Shown here one piece after another: positions 10,292 through 19,941 of a DNA stretch of 64,000 nt. The translations under genes and the position numbers were made by a program. How positions within the stretch are numbered: the stretch's first letter is position 1; every line of letters begins with the position of its first letter. The notes under the pieces were generated by a model, which ran no database searches, was not told where the DNA came from, and saw only the letters and a program-made list of their open reading frames with translations. Origin of the DNA: Pararhodobacter sp. (lineage in GTDB: Bacteria > Pseudomonadota > Alphaproteobacteria > Rhodobacterales > Rhodobacteraceae); NCBI GenBank assembly GCA_020832805.1, contig JAFIED010000006.1, forward strand, positions 15,336-79,335. Direction: 5' to 3'.

Positions 10292-11761
10292 ATGTTCCAT
10301 TCGACTGCCCGGGCCCTGCGTGGCCCTGATCGCGCGGCAGGCCTGCGCATGGTGCAGGCCCTGATGCTTGGCGCGCTTTTCCTTCTGGTCCAGGCCCTTG
10401 CCGTCACGGCACAGGACCGTCCGGCAAGCTTTGCCGATCTGGCCGAAGAGGTCAGCCCGGCGGTGGTGAACATCACCACCTCGACGCGGGTCGCCGCCGA
10501 AATGGAACGGGGCCTGCCGCAATTGCCCGATGGCGCACCGTTTCAGGACTTCTTCAACGATTTCTTCAACCGCAATGGCCAGGGCACGCCGAGGCCCCGT
10601 CAAAGCCAGTCGCTGGGATCAGGCTTCGTCATCTCTGACGACGGCTATATCGTTACCAACAACCACGTCATCGAGGGCGCGGACGAGATCAACATCGAAT
10701 TCTTTTCCGGCCTGCAGCTTTCGGCGCGCCTGGTGGGCACCGACCCGGCAACCGATATCGCCTTGCTGAAGGTCGAACATGACGAACCGCTGCCGCATGT
10801 TCCCTGGGGTGACAGCGAGGCGGCGCGCGTCGGTGACTGGGTTCTGGCGGTGGGCAACCCGCTGGGTCAGGGTTTTTCGGTTTCTGCCGGCATCATCTCG
10901 GCCCGCGGGCGGGCGCTGCAGGGCAATTTTGATGACTACCTGCAAACCGACGCGGCGATCAACCGGGGCAACTCTGGCGGGCCTCTTTTCAACATGGCAG
11001 GTCAGGTGATCGGGGTGAATACCGCCATTCTGTCACCCACCGGCGGGTCGATCGGCATCGGCTTTGCCATGTCGTCGAACGTGGCCGAACGGGTGGTCAT
11101 GCAATTGCAGGAGTTCGGCACGACACGGCGTGGCTGGCTGGGTGTGCGCATCCAGGACGTGACCGCCGACATGGCCGAGGCGATGAGCCTGCAGCGTCCG
11201 AACGGCGCCCTGGTGACCGAGGTCATGGAGGGCCCCGCCCGCGAGGCCGGCATCCAGTCCGGCGATGTCATCACCCGTTTCAACGGCAGCGATGTGACGG
11301 ATACACGCGATCTGGTTCGCCGCGTGGCCGATGCCGGGGTCGATATCATTGTTGATGTCACGGTCATGCGCAATGGCAGCGAACAGGTGATCGAGGTCAC
11401 GCTGGGCCTGCGCGACGATGGCGGCCCCGCAGCCCCCAGCCGGCCCCAGGCGCCCGCGGAACCGGCCGAGATGATGGGCATGGAACTGGCGGAACTGACC
11501 CAGCAGATGCGCGATGACATGGCCCTGCCCTCTGCCATGACCGGGCTTCTGGTGCGCGGGGTGCAACCCGGGTCGGATGCTGACAACAAGGGTATCCGCG
11601 CCGGCGACATCATCACCGAGGCCGGGCAGGAACCGGTGACCAGCATTGCCGATTTCCAGACCCAGATCGATGCGGCGCGCGATGCAGGGCGGCGCAACAT
11701 TCTGGTCATGGTGCGCCGGGGCGACGACCCACGCTTTGTGGCGCTTTCGCTGGAAGACTGA
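10292..11761 (+). CDS. degP: Do/DegP (HtrA) family periplasmic serine endoprotease with two PDZ domains
   Basis: signal peptide, GSGFVIS..YIVTNNHV, DIALLK, QTDAAINRGNSGGPL, two PDZ domains. Confidence 0.95.
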   Translation: MFHSTARALRGPDRAAGLRMVQALMLGALFLLVQALAVTAQDRPASFADLAEEVSPAVVNITTSTRVAAEMERGLPQLPDGAPFQDFFNDFFNRNGQGTPRPRQSQSLGSGFVISDDGYIVTNNHVIEGADEINIEFFSGLQLSARLVGTDPATDIALLKVEHDEPLPHVPWGDSEAARVGDWVLAVGNPLGQGFSVSAGIISARGRALQGNFDDYLQTDAAINRGNSGGPLFNMAGQVIGVNTAILSPTGGSIGIGFAMSSNVAERVVMQLQEFGTTRRGWLGVRIQDVTADMAEAMSLQRPNGALVTEVMEGPAREAGIQSGDVITRFNGSDVTDTRDLVRRVADAGVDIIVDVTVMRNGSEQVIEVTLGLRDDGGPAAPSRPQAPAEPAEMMGMELAELTQQMRDDMALPSAMTGLLVRGVQPGSDADNKGIRAGDIITEAGQEPVTSIADFQTQIDAARDAGRRNILVMVRRGDDPRFVALSLED

Positions 11762-11793
11762 CCGCGTTTGCCCAACGCTCTACGGAGAATCAG

Positions 11794-11829
11794 CAGGGCC
11801 GGCCACAAAGGGCCGGCCCTGTCTTTTTT
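11794..11829 (+). terminator. rho-independent terminator after degP (between convergent genes)
   Basis: CAGGGCCGGCC-acaaag-GGCCGGCCCTG followed by TCTTTTTT. Confidence 0.85.
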
Positions 11830-11842
11830 CATGCTCGCCGTC

Positions 11843-12628
11843 TTAGCGGCCCCTGAATACCGGCTTGCGCTTTTCCAGGAACGCCTTGGCGCCCTCTTGC
11901 TGATCCTCGGTGGAGAAGCACAGCGCAAAACTCTTGATCTCGGCCTGCAGCGCCGTGTCGGTATCGGCATGCATCGCCATGTTGAGCGAGGATTTCATCT
12001 GTGCCAGCGCAAAGGGCGGCATCTGTGCCAGTCGTCCGGTCAGGGCATCGGCCGCGCTGTCAAGCTCGGCTTCCGGATGCACCGCCGCCAACAGACCCAG
12101 ATCAAAGGCGCGCTGGGCCGTGATCGGCTCACCCAGCATGCATAGTTGCCGCGCAACAGATGACCCGGCGATCTTGGTCAGCCGCACGGTCCCGCCACCG
12201 CCGGGCAGGATACCCAGCTTGACCTCGGGCACGCCCAGTTTCGCACTGTCGGCGGCGATGCGGATGTCGCAGGCCAGCGCGATTTCCAAGCCGCCGCCCA
12301 GGCAGAACCCGTGGATCACGGCCACCACAGGCTTTGGGCTGGCCACGATGGCATCCATCGGCCGGCGGATGCGGGCGGCCATGGCCAGCGCATCGGGCGG
12401 CGTGGCACCGACGAAATCGGCAATGTCGGCGCCGGCAATAAAGGCCCGCTCGCCCGCCCCGCGCAACACGATCACCCGCACATCCGGGTCGGCCACCGCG
12501 CGGTCTACCGCCGCCGCCAGCCCCTCCAGCACGGCGGCATTCAGCGCGTTCAGCGCGTTTGGCCGGTTCACGGTGATCGTGGCGCAGGCATCGCCTGCAG
12601 CATAAAGCACCAGATCGGTATCGCTCAT
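11843..12628 (-). CDS. enoyl-CoA hydratase/isomerase (crotonase)
   Basis: NRPNALNALN, FIAGADI, GGGLEIALACDIR, PEVKLGILPGGGGT (both catalytic Glu present). Confidence 0.95.
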   Translation of the reverse strand: MSDTDLVLYAAGDACATITVNRPNALNALNAAVLEGLAAAVDRAVADPDVRVIVLRGAGERAFIAGADIADFVGATPPDALAMAARIRRPMDAIVASPKPVVAVIHGFCLGGGLEIALACDIRIAADSAKLGVPEVKLGILPGGGGTVRLTKIAGSSVARQLCMLGEPITAQRAFDLGLLAAVHPEAELDSAADALTGRLAQMPPFALAQMKSSLNMAMHADTDTALQAEIKSFALCFSTEDQQEGAKAFLEKRKPVFRGR

Positions 12629-12648
12629 CTGTTGTCTCCCGGTTTCGC

Positions 12649-13500
12649 TTACGCCTGCCGCCAGCCCGGCCGGCCACGCCCGCCCACCAGACCGGCCCGC
12701 ACGCGGGCCTTCAACAGCGGCCGGGGGCGGAAACGCTCGCCATAGGCGTCATGCATGATTTCCTGCGCCTGCAGGCAAAGGCTGGAGGTGGTGGCATCCA
12801 TCAGTTCGAACGGGCCCATCGGATGGCCCAGACCCAGCTTGCAGGCGGTGTCGATATCTTCGGGCGTGGCGACGCCTTCCTCGACCAGCCGCACGGCCTC
12901 GATCATCAGGACATGCAGCAGCCGATTGACCGCAAAGCCCGTCACATCCTTGATCGGCACCGGCTTCTTGCCCAGCGCCGCGCAGATTTCAAGCGTCTGC
13001 TTCAGCACCTCTGGCGCGGTGAAATGGCCCGGAATGACCTCGACCAGCTTCATGCGGCTGACCGGAGAGAAGTAATGCGTGCCGATGAACTGCGCGCGCC
13101 GCGCCTCGCTGACGTAAGACGCCAGCACGGTGATGGGGATGGTCGATGTGTTGGTGGCGATCACGCAGCCCGGCTTGCAATGCCTGTCCAGCGCGGCAAA
13201 GACCTCGGCCTTGACATCTTCGCGCTCGAACACGGCCTCGGTGACGAAATCGCAGTCGCCGAAATCGGCCAGGTCGGTGGTCGGCGTGATGCGGTCCAGC
13301 GCCGCGCGGTCGGCTTCGGCAAAGAGGTTGCGCGCAATGCCCTTGTCGATGATCGCTTGCAGGCGATCCAGCGCCGCGGCCAGTGCCTCGGTCGTACGGT
13401 CGTGCAGGCGCACCCGGTGGCCTGCCAACGCAAAGACCAGCGCGATCTCGCGCCCCATCAGCCCGGCGCCGACCACGCCGCATTGCATCGTATCGCTCAT
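12649..13500 (-). CDS. 3-hydroxyacyl-CoA dehydrogenase
   Basis: GAGLMG, EAVFE, ATNTSTI, GTHYFSPV, GFAVNR, GHPMGPFEL. Confidence 0.95.
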   Translation of the reverse strand: MSDTMQCGVVGAGLMGREIALVFALAGHRVRLHDRTTEALAAALDRLQAIIDKGIARNLFAEADRAALDRITPTTDLADFGDCDFVTEAVFEREDVKAEVFAALDRHCKPGCVIATNTSTIPITVLASYVSEARRAQFIGTHYFSPVSRMKLVEVIPGHFTAPEVLKQTLEICAALGKKPVPIKDVTGFAVNRLLHVLMIEAVRLVEEGVATPEDIDTACKLGLGHPMGPFELMDATTSSLCLQAQEIMHDAYGERFRPRPLLKARVRAGLVGGRGRPGWRQA

Positions 13501-13539
13501 GTCATTCCTCTTCCCTTGGAACTTTCGGGCGGAACTGCG

Positions 13540-14313
13540 TCAGCCCTCGGCCAGATAATCATGGATTACCACACCGGGGCCATGCGAAAAATCGAGCCGC
13601 GCAAAGCTGCCCCCAGTCAGGGCGGTCGGGCGCAACAGATGCAGCGGGTCGGCGGTCGACATGGCATCGAAGCTCAGCGAGGGGCGGCCGGTAAAGATCA
13701 TGGCAGAACCATCGGCGGCGCGGTGCGGTGTGGCATGCCCTTCAAGCCGGATCAGCTGCGCCAGGGCCGGGCGTTCGTTGGCGGCGTCAGGCAGAATCTT
13801 CAGCAACAGCGTGGGCAGTGGTGGGGTAGTGGGGGGCTCTGTCTGCCGGTCCATGACCAGCCCCAGCGTCATCAACCGCATGCCGCGCGGCCGTTCCAGC
13901 GTGGCGACCAGATGATCGGAAAACAGCCCGTCTGCCGAGCGCCAGCCGTGTTTCATGCGCGCCAGTTTCTTTGGCGTGCCCCATATCTCGCGCCCGGCAA
14001 TCAGGGGGCTTTCGTTATCGGTATAGGCCAGCAGCAGAAAGCGGTACTCCTGCCCCTCAAAGCGCACGGTCGCACTGACATAGGCTTCATGGTAGGGGCC
14101 ATGTACCGACAGCGGCACCCATCGGAATTTGGCCTGACAGACGACCGGGTCGCCCGCCGGCTCTACCCCGCGCGGCAGGAAGGGGCGCACGGCTTGCGCC
14201 GGCGCGGTGAAGCCCACCACCAGATCCTCTGCCCCGCGATAGGGGTGAGGAAAGGGCGGATAGGGCCGCGCCTCGCCCCAGGGCAGGCCCGCATCCTGAA
14301 AGCCGAACGCCAT
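13540..14313 (-). CDS. acetoacetate decarboxylase family protein
   Basis: GPYHEAYV, AGREIWGTPKK (Schiff-base Lys motif of the ADC family), LLLKILPD; start at MAFGF after GGGGGCGG RBS. Confidence 0.85.
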   Translation of the reverse strand: MAFGFQDAGLPWGEARPYPPFPHPYRGAEDLVVGFTAPAQAVRPFLPRGVEPAGDPVVCQAKFRWVPLSVHGPYHEAYVSATVRFEGQEYRFLLLAYTDNESPLIAGREIWGTPKKLARMKHGWRSADGLFSDHLVATLERPRGMRLMTLGLVMDRQTEPPTTPPLPTLLLKILPDAANERPALAQLIRLEGHATPHRAADGSAMIFTGRPSLSFDAMSTADPLHLLRPTALTGGSFARLDFSHGPGVVIHDYLAEG

Positions 14314-14321
14314 GCCGCCCC

Positions 14322-15329
14322 CTATCGCCTGAGGACCATCATCGAGGCGCTGATCAGCGCCAGGATCAACAGCACGCCCTGAACGATATACTGCCAGAAA
14401 CTGGGCACGCCCATCACCGACAGGCCGTTGTTGATGACCCCGATCATCAACACGCCAACCGCGGTGCCCAGCACATGGAACTTGCCGGGGCGCAGGGTCG
14501 ATGCGCCGATGAAAACCGCGACAAAGGCATTCAGCAGATAGGTCTCGCCCACGCCCTGCGGCCGCCCCGCGCCCAGGTTCGCCGCCGCAACCATGCCACC
14601 CAGCGCCGCGCAGGCGGCGCAGATGCCCATGGCGACCAGCGCGTAACGCTTGACCGGGATACCCGACAGGCGCGAGGCCTCCTTGTTGCCGCCGATGGCA
14701 TACATGTTGCGCCCCGGCTGGGTGTGTTCCAGAAACAGCCACAAGACAAGCGCCGTGGCGATCATGATCAGCACCGGGTTGGGAATGCCCGCGATATTGC
14801 CCTGTCCGATGATCTTGAACGCTGCCGGAATTTCAGTCGGCGAGATGGTGCGCGAACCGGAAATGCCCAGGATCACACCGGTCACGATGAAGCTCATCGC
14901 CAGGGTTTCAACGATGGCCGATATGCCAAGATAGGACACCAGCGCGCCGTTGATGATGCCGATGATCATGGCCATGAACAGCACCGCCAGCACCACGCCG
15001 GCCACCACCATCGGCGTTCCGTTTGCCGGGCCTATCTCCATCAGCATACGGGCCGCGACATAGCCGCCGAATGTGGCCAACGCGCCGATCGACAGATCGA
15101 ACTGGCCGATGACCAGGCAAACCGTCAGCCCGATGGCGATGATCCCCAGGATCGATACCTGGTTGAGCACGTTGAACATGTTGCGCATGGAGGGGAACAC
15201 TTCCGGGCGCATGAAGCTGAAGAATGCGATCAGCAGCACCAGCGACAGGATCGTTCCATAGCGCGCCAGAAAGTGCAGCAGGTCAAAGCCGGCGCCGGGT
15301 GCCGGGGCGGTTGCGTCAGTCTTGCTCAA
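14322..15329 (-). CDS. sugar ABC transporter permease (RbsC/CUT2 type)
   Basis: FDLSIGA, GRNMYAIGGNKEASRLSGI, AVFIGAS. Confidence 0.95.
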   Translation of the reverse strand: MSKTDATAPAPGAGFDLLHFLARYGTILSLVLLIAFFSFMRPEVFPSMRNMFNVLNQVSILGIIAIGLTVCLVIGQFDLSIGALATFGGYVAARMLMEIGPANGTPMVVAGVVLAVLFMAMIIGIINGALVSYLGISAIVETLAMSFIVTGVILGISGSRTISPTEIPAAFKIIGQGNIAGIPNPVLIMIATALVLWLFLEHTQPGRNMYAIGGNKEASRLSGIPVKRYALVAMGICAACAALGGMVAAANLGAGRPQGVGETYLLNAFVAVFIGASTLRPGKFHVLGTAVGVLMIGVINNGLSVMGVPSFWQYIVQGVLLILALISASMMVLRR

Positions 15330-16878
15330 GGCTCTCTCCCGCAGCGATTGTCATGATGTTGGCCTCGGTGACCTGTTCGTCGTGCAGCTCGCCCGCGATG
15401 CGGCCTTCGGAAAATACCAGCACGCGGCCACAGATGACCGGAAACTCCTCTACCTCGGTCGAGGTGAACAGCACCGACGCCCCGGCTGCCGCCAGTTCGG
15501 CGATCAGTTCATAGATTTCCGCCTTGGCGCCGACATCGACAGCCGCCGTCGGCGAATTCAGCAGAAAGACACGCGCCCCGGTGGTCAGCCAGCGGCCCAG
15601 CACGGCCTTTTGCTGGTTGCCGCCTGACAGCGCGTCGATCAGGGTTTCGGTGCCCGGCGTGCGCACATTCATGCGGGCGATCACATCGCGCGCCGCCGTT
15701 TTCTCTCGCCCGCCATGGACAAGCCGCAGGACCCGTTCGCGCAGGAACTGCGCCAGCGATGGAAGGGTGATGTTCTCGCGCACCGAATAGCCATGCAACA
15801 CCGCCTCGGCCAGGCGATCCTGTGGCACCAGCGCAAAGCCGGCACGGATCGCATCGGCGGGGTTGCGCAGCTTCAGCGGTGCTCCGTCCATGGAGATTTC
15901 GCCGCCCTCCAGGCGAGTGCGTCCGAACAGAAGGTTCAGAACTTCCTCGGCGCCGCTGCCCGGCAGACCGGCCACGCCCAGCACCTCGCCCGGGCGCAGG
16001 TCGAAACTGACCCCGTTTACCCTGGCCGCGTGCAGCCCCTTGACCGACAACAGCGCCGGCCCGTCTGCAACCGGGGTGATGTGCCGTTCGCGCAGCGCGG
16101 TCTCGGCGCCCACGATGGCCGATACCACGCTCTTGCGGTCCATCTTGTCCTTGTCAAAGGTGCCCGCATTGCGCCCGTCACGCAACACGGTCACGCGGTC
16201 GGCAATGTCGAATACCTCGGTCAGGCGATGACTGACATACAGAAAGGCCACCCCCCGCGATGCCAGAACGCGCATCTGGGCAAAAAGCGTCTCTACCTCG
16301 CGCGGCAACAGCGCGGCTGTCGGTTCGTCCAGGATGATCAACCGCGCCTTGCGGGCCACGGCGCGGGCAATGGCCACCATCGCCAACTGGTCCGGGCGCA
16401 GATCGGCGCACAGCTGGGCCGGGCTGATATCCAGGTCGACGGGAGACAACACGGCCCGTGCACGGCGCCGTACCTCTGGCCAGTCGATCAGCACGCCGCC
16501 GATACGCGGCAATGGCTCGCCCAGGCACAGGTTCTCTTCGACCGACAGTTCGGGAATGAGATTGGTATGCTGGTGCACCACGGCGATGCCCGCAGCCTGC
16601 GCCTCCTGCGGCGAGGTAATGCTGACCGGCTCACCGTCGATCAGCACCTCGCCGGCGGTGGCGGGCTGCGCGCCGCAGATGCATTTGATGATGGTAGACT
16701 TGCCAGCGCCATTTTCGCCCAGCAGCGCATGAATCTCGCCTGCGCGGACTGTCAGATCAACGTGATCAAGGGCCCGTGTACCGGGAAAATCCTTGATCAT
16801 CTGGCGGACTTCCAGCAGCGGCGGCGGCGCTACGGCGGAAGCGTGCGCCGCATCGGTGCGCGCTTGGGCAGCGATCAT
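15316..16878 (-). CDS. sugar ABC transporter ATP-binding protein (RbsA type, tandem ABC)
   Basis: GENGAGKST, ILDEPTA, LSGGNQQK, PTAAVDVGAK. Confidence 0.95.
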   Translation of the reverse strand: MIAAQARTDAAHASAVAPPPLLEVRQMIKDFPGTRALDHVDLTVRAGEIHALLGENGAGKSTIIKCICGAQPATAGEVLIDGEPVSITSPQEAQAAGIAVVHQHTNLIPELSVEENLCLGEPLPRIGGVLIDWPEVRRRARAVLSPVDLDISPAQLCADLRPDQLAMVAIARAVARKARLIILDEPTAALLPREVETLFAQMRVLASRGVAFLYVSHRLTEVFDIADRVTVLRDGRNAGTFDKDKMDRKSVVSAIVGAETALRERHITPVADGPALLSVKGLHAARVNGVSFDLRPGEVLGVAGLPGSGAEEVLNLLFGRTRLEGGEISMDGAPLKLRNPADAIRAGFALVPQDRLAEAVLHGYSVRENITLPSLAQFLRERVLRLVHGGREKTAARDVIARMNVRTPGTETLIDALSGGNQQKAVLGRWLTTGARVFLLNSPTAAVDVGAKAEIYELIAELAAAGASVLFTSTEVEEFPVICGRVLVFSEGRIAGELHDEQVTEANIMTIAAGESLEQD

Positions 16879-16941
16879 GGCGATCTGTCCTGTCTTTCAA
16901 GATGGACGGGGCGCGGCAGAAACCGCGCCCCGTTAACGCGC

Positions 16942-17919
16942 TTACTGCGCCGCGAATGCCTCGCCCGAAAAGAGCGTGCAATTGCCGAAGTCCGGGCGCT
17001 CGCCCTGTGCGGGCGCGGTATCCTGCGTCACCAGACAGGGCGCCAGCGTCAGAATGCGCGATGCCGGCGTTTCGCCACCCAGGGCCGCCTCGACCACGGC
17101 CACCGCAGTCGACCCCATGCGATCCACGTCATAGGCGACGGTCAGCGCGACCGGGCCACCACTGCGGATCATGTCGAACACTTCCGGAATGCCGTCCATC
17201 GACACCACGATGATGTCATCCTCGCGCCCGGCCTGCTCGATTGCGCGCACAACGGGGGCAACCAGTTCGTCCCAGCCGGTCCATACGGCGTCGATATCGG
17301 GATTGGCCAGCAGCAGGTTGGTCATCTGGTTGAAGGCATCATCCACCTGACCCGGCACACGCACCTCGATCTCGGTCACGCGCAGGTCCGGAAAGTCGCG
17401 CACGGTGGCGTGAAAGCCGTGATCACGTTCCCGCAGCGCAGGCAGCACGTTCCAGTTGAACTTGACGACATGGCCGCGCCCTTCAAGCCGGCCCATCAGT
17501 TCGGTGGTGGCGATCACCCCGTCAGCGGTGTTGTTCGACCCGATATCGGCAACGATCCCCGGTGCCAGCCCGGAAAAGGTGGAAACGAACGGGACGCCGC
17601 GCTCGGCGGCATAATCGATCACCTGGATCATCTGCGGGTTGGGCGAGGCGATGTTGATGATCGCGTCAAAACCCCGGTCGATGAAGGCCATGGCGGCGTT
17701 GTTGGTGGCGACCTGATCGCCGCGCCCGTCATAATCCTCGACCGTCCAGCCGCGTTCACGCGCAGCCTCGGTCGCGGTGACGACCTGGCGGTTGATGGAT
17801 GGCGAGTTGTAGTTGACCGCCACGATACCGACACGGATCTCGGCAAGCGCCGCCCCCGCCGACACGGACAGAGACAGCGCCGCTGCCGCTGCCGCAAATG
17901 CTTTCGCCTTGGTAGCCAT
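16942..17919 (-). CDS. sugar ABC transporter periplasmic substrate-binding protein (RbsB-like)
   Basis: signal peptide, RERDHGF, NPDIDAVW, VVSMDG; first gene of the operon. Confidence 0.9.
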   Translation of the reverse strand: MATKAKAFAAAAAALSLSVSAGAALAEIRVGIVAVNYNSPSINRQVVTATEAARERGWTVEDYDGRGDQVATNNAAMAFIDRGFDAIINIASPNPQMIQVIDYAAERGVPFVSTFSGLAPGIVADIGSNNTADGVIATTELMGRLEGRGHVVKFNWNVLPALRERDHGFHATVRDFPDLRVTEIEVRVPGQVDDAFNQMTNLLLANPDIDAVWTGWDELVAPVVRAIEQAGREDDIIVVSMDGIPEVFDMIRSGGPVALTVAYDVDRMGSTAVAVVEAALGGETPASRILTLAPCLVTQDTAPAQGERPDFGNCTLFSGEAFAAQ

Positions 17920-18129
17920 TCGTTCCTCCCTGAAGTGAGCTACGCTGCGGTTCGGCCCGCGGCCTGACGGAAGCTTTTCATGCGGCCGGATGTGCCGGCG
18001 CGCTGTTCCGTTCTGGTCTTCCCCCTTGCACCGAACCCTGTGCCGGGCACCGCTGCAGCCTGCGGCTGCGCGCGACTCCTCTCGCCCGCATCAGAACGAT
18101 AGGAGACAGAATGCCGTTCCGTCAACATC

Positions 18130-18155
18130 ATTGCACAACAAAATTGTAAAACAAT
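18130..18155. promoter_or_regulatory. tandem operator boxes (ATTGT-N3-ACAAT), site 1
   Basis: ATTGCACAACAAA + ATTGTAAAACAAT between the ABC operon and the phosphatase gene. Confidence 0.8.
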
Positions 18156-18234
18156 ATTGGTGGCGGGTTGCCGGGCGACCGGGCGCAGCGCAGAATGCAG
18201 CATCTTCAGAAAACCACCAAAGGGGATTCTGCCC

Positions 18235-18978
18235 ATGGCACTTCGGCGCATACCGCTAAACGGGGCGGTCAACTTTCGTGACCTCGGCGGCTATCCGGTT
18301 GCGGGCGGCCGTCAGACACGCTGGCAACGGCTGTATCGCTCTGATTCGCTGGCGGAACTGGATGCCGACGATCTGGCCCGGCTTCAGGCGCTGGGCCTGC
18401 GCAGCCTGTGCGATTTCCGGCTGCCGGAAGAGGCCGCCAAGAAACCGAACCGGCTGCCCGATGGCCATGCCATCCAGCTGCATGCGATCGGCTTCATCCC
18501 GGAGGGGACGCTGGACATGCTGGCATCGGTCGGTGACGGGCGCCTGCCCGCGGCCGAGATCGAGGCCGAGGTGCTGCGCCATTACGGCAAGTTCATCCAC
18601 GATCACCAAACGGAATACCGGCGCTTTTTCGAACTCTTGCTGGATGACGCCAATCTGCCCCTGCTGGTGCATTGCACCTCGGGCAAGGATCGCACCGGCA
18701 TTGCCGCGGCGCTGGCCCTTCTGGCGCTGGGCGTTCCACGGGCAGAGGTGGTCAGGGATTACACCCTGACCAATGATTACCGGCGCGACATTGCCCATCT
18801 GTTCACCGGCGCAGTGGACCGGGGCGCACTGCAGGTGCTGACTACCGCCAACCCCCGTTACATCGAAAGGGCGCTGGATGAACTGGACAGCGCCTATGGC
18901 GGGATTGCCGGCTGGTTCGACACCGTGGGCCTGGGCCGCGCCGCATTGGATGACCTGCGCGCCCGGCTGACAGAATGA
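18235..18978 (+). CDS. tyrosine/dual-specificity phosphatase family protein (Y_phosphatase3, MptpB/IphP-like)
   Basis: NFRDLGGY, LYRSD, HCTSGKDRTG P-loop, DYTLTN. Confidence 0.92.
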   Translation: MALRRIPLNGAVNFRDLGGYPVAGGRQTRWQRLYRSDSLAELDADDLARLQALGLRSLCDFRLPEEAAKKPNRLPDGHAIQLHAIGFIPEGTLDMLASVGDGRLPAAEIEAEVLRHYGKFIHDHQTEYRRFFELLLDDANLPLLVHCTSGKDRTGIAAALALLALGVPRAEVVRDYTLTNDYRRDIAHLFTGAVDRGALQVLTTANPRYIERALDELDSAYGGIAGWFDTVGLGRAALDDLRARLTE

Positions 18979-19052
18979 CCATTGACCCCGTCAACCGGCC
19001 AAGCCCCGCCCTGCCCGGTTCTGCACGGTCAGGGGCGGGGCTGGCCAGCGGC

Positions 19053-19823
19053 TCAGGCGAATTTCACCTTCAACCGCTGACGAAACGCGTGATCGGTCAT
19101 GTTCAGCTGGATCGGGCAGACCGAGACCGCCTTGTCGCGAATCGCCTCCAGGTCGGTGCCGGGGTCAAAGCCGCCATCGGTATAGGCCAGCTTGATCCAG
19201 TAATAGGGCACATCCCGCCCATCAACGCGCCGGTCCGGCAGGAAAGACCCCGGCGGGCGCTGCCCCTGCGCCACAACCCGCACGCCGGTCACCTGATCGG
19301 GCATGGCATCGGGGAAGTTGATGTTGACGAAACTGCCCGGCTGCCATTCGGTGGCCAGCAGGGTTTCCAGAATCTGCGGCGCAAAGGCCTCGGCCGTTTC
19401 CCAGGGGACGTGGGCGCGCGGGGTAAATACCTGGCTCAGCGCCACCGAAGGCACCCCCAGCAACGCCCCCTCCATCGCCGCCGCCGCGGTGCCGGAATAG
19501 GTGACATCCTCGGCAAGGTTGGCGCCCCGGTTGATACCTGACAGCAGGATGGTCGGCTTCTCGGGCATGAGTTCGTGTATCGCCAGCAGCGCACAATCGG
19601 TCGGTGTACCCTTGACCGCAAAATGACGGTCATCGATCTTGCGCGCCCGTACCGGGATATGCATTGATATCGAATGCGAGGCACCGGATTTCTCTTCATC
19701 CGGGGCGACAACCCAGACATCATCGGTAAAGCGCCTTACAAGGGTTTCAAGCAGTTTGATCCCCTCGGCATGAATGCCATCGTCGTTCACGATCAGCACA
19801 CGGTGCTTGCTGGCGTCGGTCAT
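19053..19823 (-). CDS. surE: 5'/3'-nucleotidase SurE family phosphatase
   Basis: NDDGIHAEG, VVAPDEEKSGASHS, GTPTDC, SGINRGAN, YSGTAAAAMEG. Confidence 0.93.
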   Translation of the reverse strand: MTDASKHRVLIVNDDGIHAEGIKLLETLVRRFTDDVWVVAPDEEKSGASHSISMHIPVRARKIDDRHFAVKGTPTDCALLAIHELMPEKPTILLSGINRGANLAEDVTYSGTAAAAMEGALLGVPSVALSQVFTPRAHVPWETAEAFAPQILETLLATEWQPGSFVNINFPDAMPDQVTGVRVVAQGQRPPGSFLPDRRVDGRDVPYYWIKLAYTDGGFDPGTDLEAIRDKAVSVCPIQLNMTDHAFRQRLKVKFA

Positions 19824-19872
19824 CGGCCACTCCTCCCTTTGGCGCGGTGAATTGGGTCTCGCCAGAGGCCCA

Positions 19873-19898
19873 ATTATATGACAATCTTGTCCTACAAA
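19873..19898. promoter_or_regulatory. tandem operator boxes, site 2
   Basis: ATTATATGACAAT + CTTGTCCTACAAA between divergent surE and thiolase. Confidence 0.75.
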
Positions 19899-19941
19899 CA
19901 TGAGGAGCACAACCCGGTTCCATCCGGGCAAGGGGGGAAAG

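Noticed and set aside
13540-14742. 400-aa ORF as predicted by the ORF track
   Set aside because: The upstream part overlaps the ABC permease in another frame; the plausible start is the ATG at 14313.
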